In this document: one piece after another, positions 39,301 to 49,100 of the stretch
How the letters are laid out: every line of letters starts with the position of its first letter
How positions within the stretch are numbered: the stretch's first letter is position 1
Assembly (NCBI GenBank): GCA_945898015.1
Contig: CAMDGM010000003.1
Coordinates: 14,618-78,617 of the forward strand
Direction of reading: 5' to 3'
Length of the DNA: 64,000 bases
DNA from: PVC group bacterium
GTDB taxonomy: Bacteria > Verrucomicrobiota > Kiritimatiellia > CAIKKV01
Made by a program: the position numbers and the translations under genes
Notes under the pieces: model-generated
What the model was told of the DNA's origin: nothing
What the model saw: the letters and a program-made list of their open reading frames with translations, nothing else
Databases searched by the model: none

Positions 39301-39845
39301 CGGGGAAACCATTGAGGGCTCTCGGGATTGGATCACTTACGGATCCGGTTATTCACGACATTTCTGTGGTGAAGGGTTTTGATTTGTTGACGTTTGAACT
39401 GGAGGGTTCCAGTGTCAAGGACTTGTCACCGCTGGCGGGAAAAGCACTCAATAAAATCGCGCTTTATCGTTCGCCCATTTCCGATTTAACGCCGTTGGCG
39501 GGCATGCCGTTGCGGGAAGTGCGATTATGGGGCCTTACGGTAACGGATCTGACCCCGATCAAGAATGAACTGCTGCAACGACTGGAACTGGACTCCCTTC
39601 CTGTAAAAGAGTTGAAACCTCTGGTCGGCTGTCCATTGCAGTCTTTGCGCGTCACCAATATGCCGAAACTCATGGACGCTCAAAACATTCCGGACTATTT
39701 TCCGGACATTCAAGATCTCATGGTGATGGAGTCTCTCGCGAAGCCCGAGTTGTTGAATCGGATGAAGAATCTCAAAAAGTTGACGGTGTTTGCTCCTGGA
39801 GAGGTCGTGGGGCGAGTCGTTCCCGTGAACGCGATCAAGAAATAA
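36363..39845 (+). CDS. Membrane Ser/Thr protein kinase with N-terminal zinc ribbon and C-terminal leucine-rich repeats
   Basis: CPKC/CPTC, GEGGMG, HRDIKPSN, DFG, TM helix, L.PL.G.PL..L repeats; exact start uncertain (36363/36369/36378). Confidence 0.93.
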   Translation: MFLKIMFLCPKCQKKLESDGEASGRKVKCPTCGQEMVVPNRELKPGVTLGGFCIVRKIGEGGMGEVFLARQKSLDRDVALKVLTPQLCRDKELVSRFFSEVKVLARLEHHGIVTAHEAGEDGGMFFLAMAFVPGHSLQEQIDKSGAFDEKTALRLVRKMAMALDYAWTDHKLLHRDIKPSNVLLDGRGEPKLVDFGLAKSIDKAEGLTVSGTVMGTPNYMSPEQVRGEGNLDFRADLYSLGATLFHMLTGKMPYAGSSIMETLQKQINEALPDPRTINPAVGKGCVMLLQKMLAKKQDQRPGSWKVLLGDVDRVLAGQEPTGQALKEGESVLLMRGDYRGKTPGSKRASSSGNSPKKWIGVAAAAGGLVVLAAGLTIWVKRRPPAGAPDPVPQAAAPAAVSAAPVAAVPTAAAAKLALEARVQEAAAVAAAQEKARLDVQARQAAEAAAKELAAREQVAKEAAAQEARAKEEAAKAAQLKAAQERFSARQAEVAGLLLKADFAGARENAGTLRYDAALAPVSAEAEALAALVDRIGDPDTVVLRSFEKNKGETVKVEGKTGLAVEMRVLGVSGGRVQTRQVLQGASVDRAFGPGDLSLRERLGRIGDAKTPEAMILRGLMLGVEGGDWVKAKQVLGEAGPGLGEALVAALQAKSASREEQAARQALGVILKTAALPADLNEPGRVMELLAAKPLSPENKDKVRAGVESFLKTYGNSEEAGVARALVEGLKGIDPEVAAKLELAGVFKLAGLTLDLEQTAALLDDIEARGFGKDAAKIQAAAAAFKRDHGKSEIGKQAAPLVAALAAAQEAAPVPFTPVPMLEATEENMKKALAALQAANKKATGISKAEYRVVKDGLCLAIHSAENIQDIRPLAGLPLKTLSLLRAEIKDFTPLTGMPLETLTLNNWKGDKLDSFPDLKELRSLGLSYSSIKSLLPFRRLKLKSLSVNNGRMDKLDGIEGFPLETLSIRNCPVEDLSLLAGKPLRALGIGSLTDPVIHDISVVKGFDLLTFELEGSSVKDLSPLAGKALNKIALYRSPISDLTPLAGMPLREVRLWGLTVTDLTPIKNELLQRLELDSLPVKELKPLVGCPLQSLRVTNMPKLMDAQNIPDYFPDIQDLMVMESLAKPELLNRMKNLKKLTVFAPGEVVGRVVPVNAIKK

Positions 39846-39966
39846 GTTTGGCGGTTTTTCTGACTGCGCCGGATCATCGTGTAATCCGCATTTGCCTTTA
39901 TCCAGGAATTCGTGAATACTCCGGCTTGTGGGATAACCCCATGATAAAAACGAATGGAGTTGCACG

Positions 39967-42066
39967 ATGTTGACCCGATTTCGCTTGATGGCTTTGCTGG
40001 GCGTGTTAGTGGCCGCGGTTTCCGTGAATGGGCAGGAGCCCCCCTCACCGCCGGACACTCCGCCCCAGCCGCAGGTTTGGTGGCCGACGCAACCGAGCCG
40101 GCTTCCCTTTGTGCATACGCTCTTCACCAGTCATATGGTGTTGCAGCGTGACGTGGCGGCGCCGATCTGGGGATGGGGCGCGCCGGGTGAGTCGATTTCC
40201 GTTGTGGTTGCGGATGAGAAGGGTGGCAACCGGGCCACCGCCACCGCCGTGGCCGGGGCGGACGGCAAATGGATGACGAAAATCGGGCCGTTTGCGGCTG
40301 GCGGACCGCTGACGCTCACGATCAAGGGCGCGAAGGAGCAAGTGGTGCTCACGGATGTGCTGGTCGGCGACGTCTGGCTCTGTTCCGGCCAGTCGAACAT
40401 GGGCATTCCGGTGCGCACGGCGGCCAACGCCACGGAAGAGATTGCGCAGGCCAAGTATCCCGGTATCCGGTCTTTCACCGTGGGCTTTTATCCATCGTAT
40501 GTGCCGCTGCCGACTCCTCTTCCGGCGGCCTGGGAGGTTTGCACGCCCGAGACGGTGGCCAGTTTCAGCGCCGTGGGCTATTACTTTGCCCGTGACATTC
40601 ATCAAGCCGAAAAGATTCCCATCGGCATCATTCACAGCTCGGTGGGCGCGACCGCGGCCGAGGTGTGGATCAGCGGGGACGGCCTCCGGAAGTATATGCC
40701 CTACGATTTCCATGATCAACTGGCCACGCTGGCCACGAACATTGGCGATCCTGCGGTTGACTATTTCAAGGAGGTTGAACAGTGGGCGGCGGCCGTGGAT
40801 CCCGAGAGCGCGAAGAAGCAGATCACCTCCGACCCCAACCTGAACACGGCGGACTGGATGGATATGGCGGTGCCCAAGCCCTGGGAAGAGGCGGGGTTGA
40901 GCAACTTTGACGGGATGGTCTGGTTCCGTACGGTTGTCGACATTCCTGCGGCGGTGGCGGGCAAGCCGGCCGTTCTCGCGCTGGGCTCCATCCGGGATAC
41001 GGACATCACCTGGCTGAACGGTACGCTGGTGGGGTGCAACCAGAACAAGGGTTCCTATCGCCGGTATCGGATTAACGGCGCGTTGCTGAAGCCGGGCCGG
41101 AACCTGCTGGTGGTGGCTGTGGTCAACATCAATGGGCCGGGCGGATTTTCGGGGGAGCCGCGCGGCATGATGCTCAACTCGGAGGCCGCCTCCACGAACG
41201 TCCACCTGGCCGGAATCTGGAAGGCCCGGCCGGGGGCCGCCATGAAGGACCTGACGCGCGCCTTTCCCAAGCCCAAAACGGGCTACTATAAAACGATCAC
41301 GGGGCTGTACAACGGGATGATCGGGCCGTTGGCGCCCTTTGCCATCAAGGGGGCCTTGTGGTACCAGGGTGAAGCCAGCTGGCCTTTCTGGCTGCAATAC
41401 CGCCGGCTGCTCCCCGCCTTGATTGCCGATTGGCGGGATCAATTCCAGGTGGGTGAGTTCCCCTTCCTGATCGTGTCGCTCGCGACGCAAGGCGGGAAGC
41501 AGACGCATCCGACCGAGCCGGGGTATGGCGAGGTCCGGGAGGCGATGTGGCGGACGGTCCGCAAAGTTCCCAACACGGGGCTGGCGGTCGCGGCGGATCT
41601 GGGAGACGAGCCGGTATCGAACATCCATCCCAAGAACAAGCAGGATGTCGGGCGGCGACTGGCGATGGTGGCCCGGCAGCTGGTGTATGGCGAAAAAGAG
41701 CTGCTGGTTTCCGGCCCGGAGTTCACCGAGATGATGCTGGAGCGCAAGAATGCGGATCCTGATCCGGCCACCGTGAGCCCCGATAAAGAGTTTGTCAAAG
41801 AATTCAAGACCCGGCTGTATTTCAAGCATGTGGGCGGCGGGCTGGTGTTCAAGCCGGGCAACGCCAAGCCGAACGGGTTTGCGGTCGCCGGCGAGGACAA
41901 GAATTTTGTCTGGGCCGATGCGGTGATCGAGGGCGACACGGTGGTTGTTTCCGCGCCCGGCGTGGTGGTGCCGCGCTATGTCCGGTATGGCTGGGCCTAC
42001 AACCCCATCATCACCCTCTTCAACAAGGAAGGCCTGCCCGCCATTCCCTTCCGTACGGACGAATGA
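39967..42066 (+). CDS. Sialate O-acetylesterase family (SGNH) protein
   Basis: SGQSNM, WYQGE, IHPKNKQDVG, PFRTD; signal peptide. Confidence 0.93.
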   Translation: MLTRFRLMALLGVLVAAVSVNGQEPPSPPDTPPQPQVWWPTQPSRLPFVHTLFTSHMVLQRDVAAPIWGWGAPGESISVVVADEKGGNRATATAVAGADGKWMTKIGPFAAGGPLTLTIKGAKEQVVLTDVLVGDVWLCSGQSNMGIPVRTAANATEEIAQAKYPGIRSFTVGFYPSYVPLPTPLPAAWEVCTPETVASFSAVGYYFARDIHQAEKIPIGIIHSSVGATAAEVWISGDGLRKYMPYDFHDQLATLATNIGDPAVDYFKEVEQWAAAVDPESAKKQITSDPNLNTADWMDMAVPKPWEEAGLSNFDGMVWFRTVVDIPAAVAGKPAVLALGSIRDTDITWLNGTLVGCNQNKGSYRRYRINGALLKPGRNLLVVAVVNINGPGGFSGEPRGMMLNSEAASTNVHLAGIWKARPGAAMKDLTRAFPKPKTGYYKTITGLYNGMIGPLAPFAIKGALWYQGEASWPFWLQYRRLLPALIADWRDQFQVGEFPFLIVSLATQGGKQTHPTEPGYGEVREAMWRTVRKVPNTGLAVAADLGDEPVSNIHPKNKQDVGRRLAMVARQLVYGEKELLVSGPEFTEMMLERKNADPDPATVSPDKEFVKEFKTRLYFKHVGGGLVFKPGNAKPNGFAVAGEDKNFVWADAVIEGDTVVVSAPGVVVPRYVRYGWAYNPIITLFNKEGLPAIPFRTDE

Positions 42067-42123
42067 GTCTTTCTTCTGTGCAAAGCAGTGGAGGGCGTCG
42101 CGCCGTCGACGCCGTCTTTTCTG

Positions 42124-42222
42124 GTAGGCCGGGCGCTATGAGCCCGGCGTCTCACACTTTCTGGTGCTTTTCATGACATATCTATTTGTGTAGCCGTGCC
42201 GCGCTCGTAGCGCGCGGCCTAC
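42124..42222. repeat. Inverted pair of GTAG-type REP palindromes
   Basis: GTAG-gccgggc-gctatga-gcccggc on the plus strand and GTAG-gccgcgc-gctacga-gcgcggc on the minus strand. Confidence 0.75.
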
Positions 42223-42299
42223 ACAGACCGTACGCTTCATTTTATTCACAGCTTCTACGAGCCTGGCTTTTTGTGGTGGTCGGTTGTGTCGGTTTCCAG

Positions 42300-42412
42300 T
42301 GCGGCTCCGTCTCAAAATCGCGACGCCCAGTTCCGCCTGATCGAAACGCCGCAACCCGACGGGTCCTCCCGCCTCGTTCACGTGCCAGCATAGCCGAAAG
42401 GGGCAATCCGTA
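42300..42412 (-). repeat. Partial long-hairpin element (one arm) plus tail module
   Basis: gcctgatcgaaacgccgcaacccgacggg...gccagcatagccgaaaggggcaatcc, matching 7294-7362 and 11477-11516. Confidence 0.85.
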
Positions 42413-42475
42413 AGCGAGGATTAGGGGGCCGGCATTGATATTGACAGCGTGCGGACGCTGCTCAATGATGGGGAC

Positions 42476-43108
42476 ATGGCCGAGGGAGCAACAACAACGG
42501 ACCGGGCGGAAGACAGCACCTTGGTGCGGCGCGCCAAAGGCGGGGACCTGGCCGCATTCGAATCCCTCGTGTCGCGCCATGAACAGCGCATCTACGGACT
42601 GGCCCGCCGGCTGACCGGCTCGGAGGAGGATGCCCAGGACATCACCCAGCAGACCTTTCTGAGCGTGATGCGGAAGCTGGACGGGTTCCGGGAAGCTGCC
42701 GCCTTTTCCACGTGGCTGTCCACGATCGCGGTGAACACGGCCCTCAAGGTGGTGCGCAAGCGGCGCGGCTTGCCGTCAACCTCCCTCGACGCGGCCGTGG
42801 AGCCCGATCCCGACGGCCACGTCCCGCACCCGGATTACATTGCCGACTGGCGTGACACGCCGGACCGACTGGCCCAGCATGCCGAGACCCGGAAGTTGCT
42901 CGATGCGGCTATCGCGCAACTGGAGCCCGGGCAGCGCGCGGTATTCATGCTCCGGGATGTGGAAGACCTTTCCATCCGGGAGACAGCCAAAGCCCTGCGA
43001 CTCAGCGAAGCGAATGTGAAGGTCCGGTTGCTGCGGGCGCGCCTGCACTTGCGCGAGCGGCTCACCCGGGCCTTTGGCGACAAGGAGATCCTCCATGCCC
43101 ACACCTAA
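42476..43108 (+). CDS. ECF sigma-70 factor
   Basis: DAQDITQQTF, FSTWL, LSIRETAKAL...VKVRLLRAR. Confidence 0.95.
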   Translation: MAEGATTTDRAEDSTLVRRAKGGDLAAFESLVSRHEQRIYGLARRLTGSEEDAQDITQQTFLSVMRKLDGFREAAAFSTWLSTIAVNTALKVVRKRRGLPSTSLDAAVEPDPDGHVPHPDYIADWRDTPDRLAQHAETRKLLDAAIAQLEPGQRAVFMLRDVEDLSIRETAKALRLSEANVKVRLLRARLHLRERLTRAFGDKEILHAHT

Positions 43109-43385
43109 AAAAAGCAAGACGACTCATACCATCGGCGGCAAGCATGGCGCCACCTGCGACGAACTCCTCGCTCTCTTGAACGAATATGTGGACGGGGGTG
43201 TGGACATCAAGGCCTGCAAGGAGTTGGAAACCCACCTGGCCGGCTGCAATCCCTGCCGCGTGGTGGTGGACAATATCCGCAAAACCATCACGCTGTATCG
43301 CAAGGACAAGCCCTGCGAGTTGCCTGTCCAATTCCGTGACCGTTTACACGAGACCTTGCGGAAAAGGTGGAAGAAAAAAGGCTGA
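43095..43385 (+). CDS. Soluble zinc-finger (zf-HC2) anti-sigma factor
   Basis: C...YVDG...HLAGCNPC (HxxxCxxC). Confidence 0.92.
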   Translation: MPTPKKSKTTHTIGGKHGATCDELLALLNEYVDGGVDIKACKELETHLAGCNPCRVVVDNIRKTITLYRKDKPCELPVQFRDRLHETLRKRWKKKG

Positions 43386-43487
43386 GTTTCGATTTCCTGT
43401 ATCCTTTCCCGGGCTCGCGGGTCTAATAATTGTACAAGGGCAAAGGGTCTGATAGAAATAAGTCTTATATTAAAGGAGATAGGTCCT

Positions 43488-43706
43488 ATGACAACAGAAC
43501 GATATATCCGCATGGTGGCAGGCGCCTTTGTGGCGGTCAGCGTGGCGCTGGGCTATTGGGTAAATCCAGGCTGGCTTATTTTCACGGCTTTTGTAGGATT
43601 GAATTTGTTCCAGTCTGCCTTCACCGGCATATGTCCTCTGGAGGCGATTCTCAAGAAGTGCGGCGTTCCCTCTGCGGGCGGCGGATGCGGTTGCGGGAAG
43701 AAATGA
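43488..43706 (+). CDS. DUF2892 (YgaP-like) small membrane protein
   Basis: FVGLNLFQSAFTGICP; strong RBS AAGGAG. Confidence 0.92.
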   Translation: MTTERYIRMVAGAFVAVSVALGYWVNPGWLIFTAFVGLNLFQSAFTGICPLEAILKKCGVPSAGGGCGCGKK

Positions 43707-43719
43707 AAGGGCGGCCTTG

Positions 43720-45057
43720 ATGAAGCGATCGACCTTGTGGAGCCGGGCTTTCCCGGCTTTTCTTGTTCTCGGTTTGGTTGGCGCCTCCGGCGCCCGGGCC
43801 GTCACGCTCGACGCGTGTATTGCCGCGGCCCTGGACCGCAACCCCGACGTGCGCGGTGCGACCGAGCGCGTGCAGGCTGCCCAGGCGGCCATCCGGGAAG
43901 CCCAGTCAGCCTATTACCCAACCGTGGGCGCCTCGAGCACCTATGCGCGGACCGACAATCCGCCGCAGGCCTTCATGATGATGCTCAACCAGCGGAGCGT
44001 GTCGCTGCAGTCCGATTTCAACAATCCCCCCGACACCGACAACCTGGCCCTCAGCCTGGGGCTGCAGGTCCGGCTCTATGATTTCGGCCGGCGCGAACTC
44101 GACACCCGCATGGCCCGCGACGGGGCCGAACTGTCCCGCCTGGTTCTGCAGGGCCTGCAGAATGAGCTGATTCACCAGGTTACGCGCGGCTATTTTTCCG
44201 TGTTGCAGGCCGCCGCCTTCGTGGCCGTGCGCGAGGAATCGGTCCAGACGTTCGAGGAAAGCCTGCGCGTGGCCCGCGAGCGGCTGAACGCCGGCGGCAC
44301 GGTGAAAACCGACGTGCTGAACCTGGAGGTCCAGCTCGCGCAGGCGAAAGACGACCTGATCCGGGCGAGGAACGGCGTGCAATTGTCGCTCGCGGCCCTG
44401 AATACCGCGATCGGCCAGGGCCTTGTCAGCACCAACAACCTGCCTGCCCGGATGGAACTGCCCGATACCCGGCCCGAGTTTGGGGCGGGTTCTAACGCCG
44501 TGACGGATCGTCCCGAATTCTCAGCCGCTGTGCGTCTCGCGGATGCGCGCGCCGCCGGCGCGCAGAAGGCCCGGCGCCAGTATTGGCCTACCGTGAACGG
44601 GTTCGGGTCCGTGGACTGGAACAGCGAGGCGTCCACCGATTTCGAGCAAAGCTACATGGCCGGCGTGTCGGCCGAGGTGACGCTGTTCGACGGCTTCCGG
44701 CGCCAGGCGGCCGTGGCGGGCGCCGAGGCCGGGGAACGGGCGGCCCGGGAAGATATTCAGAAGGCGGCCAATTCTCTCAAGCTGGATCTGACCACCGCGT
44801 CGTTGCAGGCCGGGGAAGCGTGGGACCGGCTCGAGGTGGCCCGGAAGAGCATCGAAAATGCGGAAGAATCCCTGCGCATCACCCGCGAAAAATACCGCCA
44901 GGGCGCGGCCGACATTCCCGAGCTGCTCACCGCGCAGGTGGGGCTGGCCGGAACCCGCACCCGGAACGTGGCGGCCCTGTATGACTGCCTGACTGCGATG
45001 TCGAACCTGGAGCGGGCGCGCGGCGCGCTGGTCCGCCGCTATGTGAAAGAACTGTAA
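43720..45057 (+). CDS. TolC family outer-membrane efflux protein
   Basis: Signal peptide, ALDRNP, AYYP, TLFDGF, coiled helices. Confidence 0.92.
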   Translation: MKRSTLWSRAFPAFLVLGLVGASGARAVTLDACIAAALDRNPDVRGATERVQAAQAAIREAQSAYYPTVGASSTYARTDNPPQAFMMMLNQRSVSLQSDFNNPPDTDNLALSLGLQVRLYDFGRRELDTRMARDGAELSRLVLQGLQNELIHQVTRGYFSVLQAAAFVAVREESVQTFEESLRVARERLNAGGTVKTDVLNLEVQLAQAKDDLIRARNGVQLSLAALNTAIGQGLVSTNNLPARMELPDTRPEFGAGSNAVTDRPEFSAAVRLADARAAGAQKARRQYWPTVNGFGSVDWNSEASTDFEQSYMAGVSAEVTLFDGFRRQAAVAGAEAGERAAREDIQKAANSLKLDLTTASLQAGEAWDRLEVARKSIENAEESLRITREKYRQGAADIPELLTAQVGLAGTRTRNVAALYDCLTAMSNLERARGALVRRYVKEL

Positions 45058-45071
45058 CGAGGAGTTGAGCC

Positions 45072-46097
45072 ATGAAGAAATTCGTCAAACCCGTGCTGGG
45101 CACGGTGGTGCTGGTCGTGTTGATCCTGTGGAGCGTGGGTGTTGGAAAGGCAAAAATGGCGGGAACGCGGATCGATTTCAAGCCCGGCTTGCCGTTGCCG
45201 GCGGAAGCGGCCTTGTTCACGGTCAAGGCCGAATCGCTCGCGCCGCGCGTGGATGTGGTCGGCACCGTGGCCTCGGAGCTCCGGGTCAACCTCAGCGCCC
45301 GGATTCCCGCTACCGTGAAGGAGGTATTTGTGTCCGCCGGCAGTGCGGTCAAAAAAGGGCAACCCCTGCTGACGCTGGACGACCGCGACCTGCGGGAGCA
45401 GGCGACGGCCGCAGAGGCCCAGTTCAAGCAGGCCGAAACCGAGGTCAACCGGACCCGCCGCCTGTTCGAGAGTCAGGCCGCCACCGAACAGGCCCTGACC
45501 GCCGCGCAGTCTCTCTTTGCCGTGGCCCGCGCCCAGTGGGACCGCAGCAAGGTCATGCTGACCTATGCGCAGGTGGAATCGCCCCTGGACGGAGTGGTCA
45601 CCGACCGCCGCGGTGAACCCGGCGACATGGCCGGCCCCGGTCAGGTGCTCCTGGCCGTCTACGATCCCGTCAACCTGCAGCTTGAAGTGCCCGTGCCGGT
45701 GCGGCTGCTCGGCAAATTACCGGTCGGCCAGGCCGTGGAGGTGACCCTGGACCGCTCCGCCTACGTGTATCAAGGCCGTGTGCGGCAGATCGTCAGCGAG
45801 GTCGACCCGCTCAGCCGCACCCAGCTCGTGAAGGTTCACATCGAGGGGACGGATGCCAGTGTGCTGCCAGGTACCTTCGGTCGCCTCTGGGTGGCCGACG
45901 ACGCCCGCGAGGCTATCATGATCCCGGTTGCCGCGATCTATTCGGTCGGGCAGATCGAGATGGTTCAGGTGGTCCGGGAGGGCCGCGCCCTCCGGCGTTC
46001 GGTCCGGACCGGCCTGCGCACCGGCGATTTTGTGGAGGTGCTCTCCGGCCTTGCCGGTGGCGACTCGGTGCTCCTCAATCCGGTGAAGGAGAACTGA
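45072..46097 (+). CDS. RND efflux periplasmic adaptor subunit
   Basis: VKKGQPLL, SPLDGVV, DPLSRT, VEVLSGL. Confidence 0.93.
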   Translation: MKKFVKPVLGTVVLVVLILWSVGVGKAKMAGTRIDFKPGLPLPAEAALFTVKAESLAPRVDVVGTVASELRVNLSARIPATVKEVFVSAGSAVKKGQPLLTLDDRDLREQATAAEAQFKQAETEVNRTRRLFESQAATEQALTAAQSLFAVARAQWDRSKVMLTYAQVESPLDGVVTDRRGEPGDMAGPGQVLLAVYDPVNLQLEVPVPVRLLGKLPVGQAVEVTLDRSAYVYQGRVRQIVSEVDPLSRTQLVKVHIEGTDASVLPGTFGRLWVADDAREAIMIPVAAIYSVGQIEMVQVVREGRALRRSVRTGLRTGDFVEVLSGLAGGDSVLLNPVKEN

Positions 46098-46101
46098 GGT
46101 C

Positions 46102-49100
46102 ATGGAAAACGAGACCAAGCACTCCGCGGTCGGGGGGATCATCGACGCCTTTCTCAAGGGAAACCTGGCGGTCCTGCTGATCATCATTTCTTTGGCGGCG
46201 GGCGCGGCGGCGCTCTTCCTTACGCCGCGCGAGGAGGAGCCGCAGATCGTGGTGCCCCTGGCCGACGTGATGGTGATGTATCCCGGCGGCTCGGCCCAGG
46301 AGGTGGAGCGCCTGGTATCGTCACGGCTCGAGCGGATGCTCTACCAGATCGACGGCGTGGAGTATGTTTACTCCATGTCCCGGCCCGGTATGGCCGTGGT
46401 GACCGTGCGTTTCGCGGTGGGGCAGAACCGCGAGCAGAGCCTGATTAAGCTCTACAACAAGCTCTTCCAGAATATCGATAAGACCACGCCCGGCATTGCC
46501 GGCTGGTTCGTGAAGCCGATCGAGATCGACGATGTGCCCATCGTGAACGTGGCCCTGTATAGTGATCGCTACGACGAACACGTCCTATACCGGGTGGGCG
46601 AGGAAGTGGTGGCGCGCCTGCAGCGCATTCCCAACACGGCGGCTATCACCTTGCACGGGGGGCAGAGCCGGGTGCTGCAAGTCTATCTCGACATGGAACG
46701 GCTGGCGGCCTACGGGTTCACCCCCATGGAGATCGCGGGCGCGCTCAAGGTTTCGAACGCGCAGGGCGAAAGCGGGGGCTTCGACCAGGCCAACGCCTCT
46801 TTGCGTGTGCAGGCCGGCCCGTTCCTGAGTAGCGCCGCCGAGGTGCGCAACCTGATGGTGGGCATCCACGACAACCGGCCCGTCTACCTGCGCGATGTGG
46901 CGCGGGTCGAGGATGGTCCTGCCGAACTCACGACCTATAGCCGCATCGGATTCGGCGCCGCGGCCGGCTCTGCGGCTCCGAGCCTGACGGCCCGACCGTC
47001 GTATCCCGCGATCACGCTGGCCGTGGCCAAAAAGAAGGGCAGCAATGCGGTCTGGGTGGCGAAAGAGGTCGAGGCGGCCCTGGCCGAGATGCGCGGCAAG
47101 ATCATTCCCGACGAAATCCAGGTCCGCGTGACGCGCGACTACGGGGCCACCGCGAATGACAAAGTCAACGGACTCGTCGAAAGCCTGGTGGAGGCCATCA
47201 TCACGGTCATCGTGCTGATCGCCATCGCCATGACCTGGCGGGTCAGCCTGATCGTGGCGCTGGCCATTCCGATCACCTATGCGCTGACGCTCCTGGTCAA
47301 TTATCTCGCCGGCTACACGATCAATCGCGTCACGCTCTTTGCGCTTATTCTCGCGCTCGGCCTGCTGGTGGACGATCCGATCGTGGCGGTGGAAAACATC
47401 TACCGGCATCTGGCCATGAAGCGCTTTCCGCGCCTGAAAGCCATCTCGATGGCTATGAACGAGGTCATGCCGCCCGTCATCCTGGCCACGCTGGCCGTGA
47501 TTGCGGCGTTCCTGCCCCTGTTCTTCATCTCCGGCATGATGGGCCCCTACATGCGCCCCATGGCCCTCAATGTTCCGCTCGCCATGCTGGCGTCGATGCT
47601 GGTTTCCTTCGCCATCACGCCGTGGGTGTCCAGCAAGCTCCTGCCCGAGCATGCCGCCGGCGAGGAGGAGTATGATTTGAAGCGTACCCTTACCTACCGC
47701 CTCTATCACCGCGCCATGCGGCCTTTTGCGGATTCGCGGCGCAACGGCAAGCTGTTGCTCGCGGGCACCGGCGTTCTGTTTGTCCTGTCCATGCTCCTGG
47801 TCCCGACCGGCGGCGTGCCGCTCAAGATGTTGCCCTTCGACAACAAGAACGAGTTCCAGATGCTCGTGGATATGCCTGAGTCCGCCACGCTCGAGACGAC
47901 CGACGCCGTGGTGCGGGACTTGGAGGACTACCTGAGAACCATGCCCGAGGTGACGGACTTCACCTCGCTGGTGGGCGCCGGTTCGCCGATGGATTTCAAC
48001 GGGCTGGTGCGGCACTATTACCTGCGGCAGGGCCCGCACGTGGCGGACCTGCGGGTGAACCTGGTGAACCGCACCGAACGCGCGATGGACAGTCATTCCA
48101 TCACCCTGCGCATCCGCCGGGATGTGGCCGCGATCGAGAAGCGGTGGGGCGCGCGCATCAAGCTGGTGGAAACGCCGCCCGGCCCGCCGGTGCTTTCCAC
48201 CGTGGTTGCCGAGATTCGCGGCCGGCCGCATCACGAGTACCAGGATTTGGTCAACGCGGCGGAGACGGTCAAGGCCAGTCTGGCCCAGGAGCCGGGGGTG
48301 GTGGACGTGGACGACACGGTGGAAGCCAATCAGGCTGAATTTTTCTTCCGGGTGGACCGCGAGAAGGCGGGGCTGAACGGGATTTCGACGGAGGACATCA
48401 CGCAGACGCTCGGGTTGGCGCTGGCCGGCATGCCCGGCGGCACGCTGCACGTCCCGGGCCAGCAGAACGAAGTCCCGATTGTGCTGAGGTTGCCGCGTGA
48501 GAAGCGGTCCGACCTGGCCCTGCTCAAGAATATTGTGGTCAAGGGACGCGGCGGTCGGTCGGTGCAACTGGGCGAGTTGGGGAGCTTCGAGCGTAAGACG
48601 GTTGACAAGACGATCTTCCACAAGAACCTGGAGCGCGTGGTGTATGTGACGGCTGAGATGGCGGGGCGGGGCCCGGCCTATGCCGTGCTCAGCCAGCAGA
48701 AGCATTTTGCCGCCCACCCGCTGCCCGCAGGGTTGACCCTCGACTGGCGCGGGGAGGGGGAGTGGAAGATCACGCTGGATGTGTTCCGGGATCTGGGCAT
48801 TGCCTTTGCGGCGGCGCTGGTTGTGATCTATGTGCTGCTTGTGTATGAAACCGGCTCGTATGTGCTGCCCGGGGTCATCATGACGTCCATCCCCCTCACG
48901 CTGATCGGCATTATGCCCGGTTTCTGGCTGCTCAATCTCCTGGTGGACCGGCCGGTGGGCGGCTTTGGCAATCCGGTCTTCTTCACGGCCACAGCCATGA
49001 TCGGCATGATTGCGTTGGCGGGGATCGTGGTGCGGAACGGCATTCTGCTGGTGGATTTCATCCGCAACGCGGTGGAGCGGGGGGCCAGCGTGCGAGACGC

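Noticed and set aside
43398..43470. Repeated GTCTNATA upstream of DUF2892 as the promoter of the second ECF
   Set aside because: No matching bipartite motif was found upstream of the sigma gene itself, so it is unsupported from this window.
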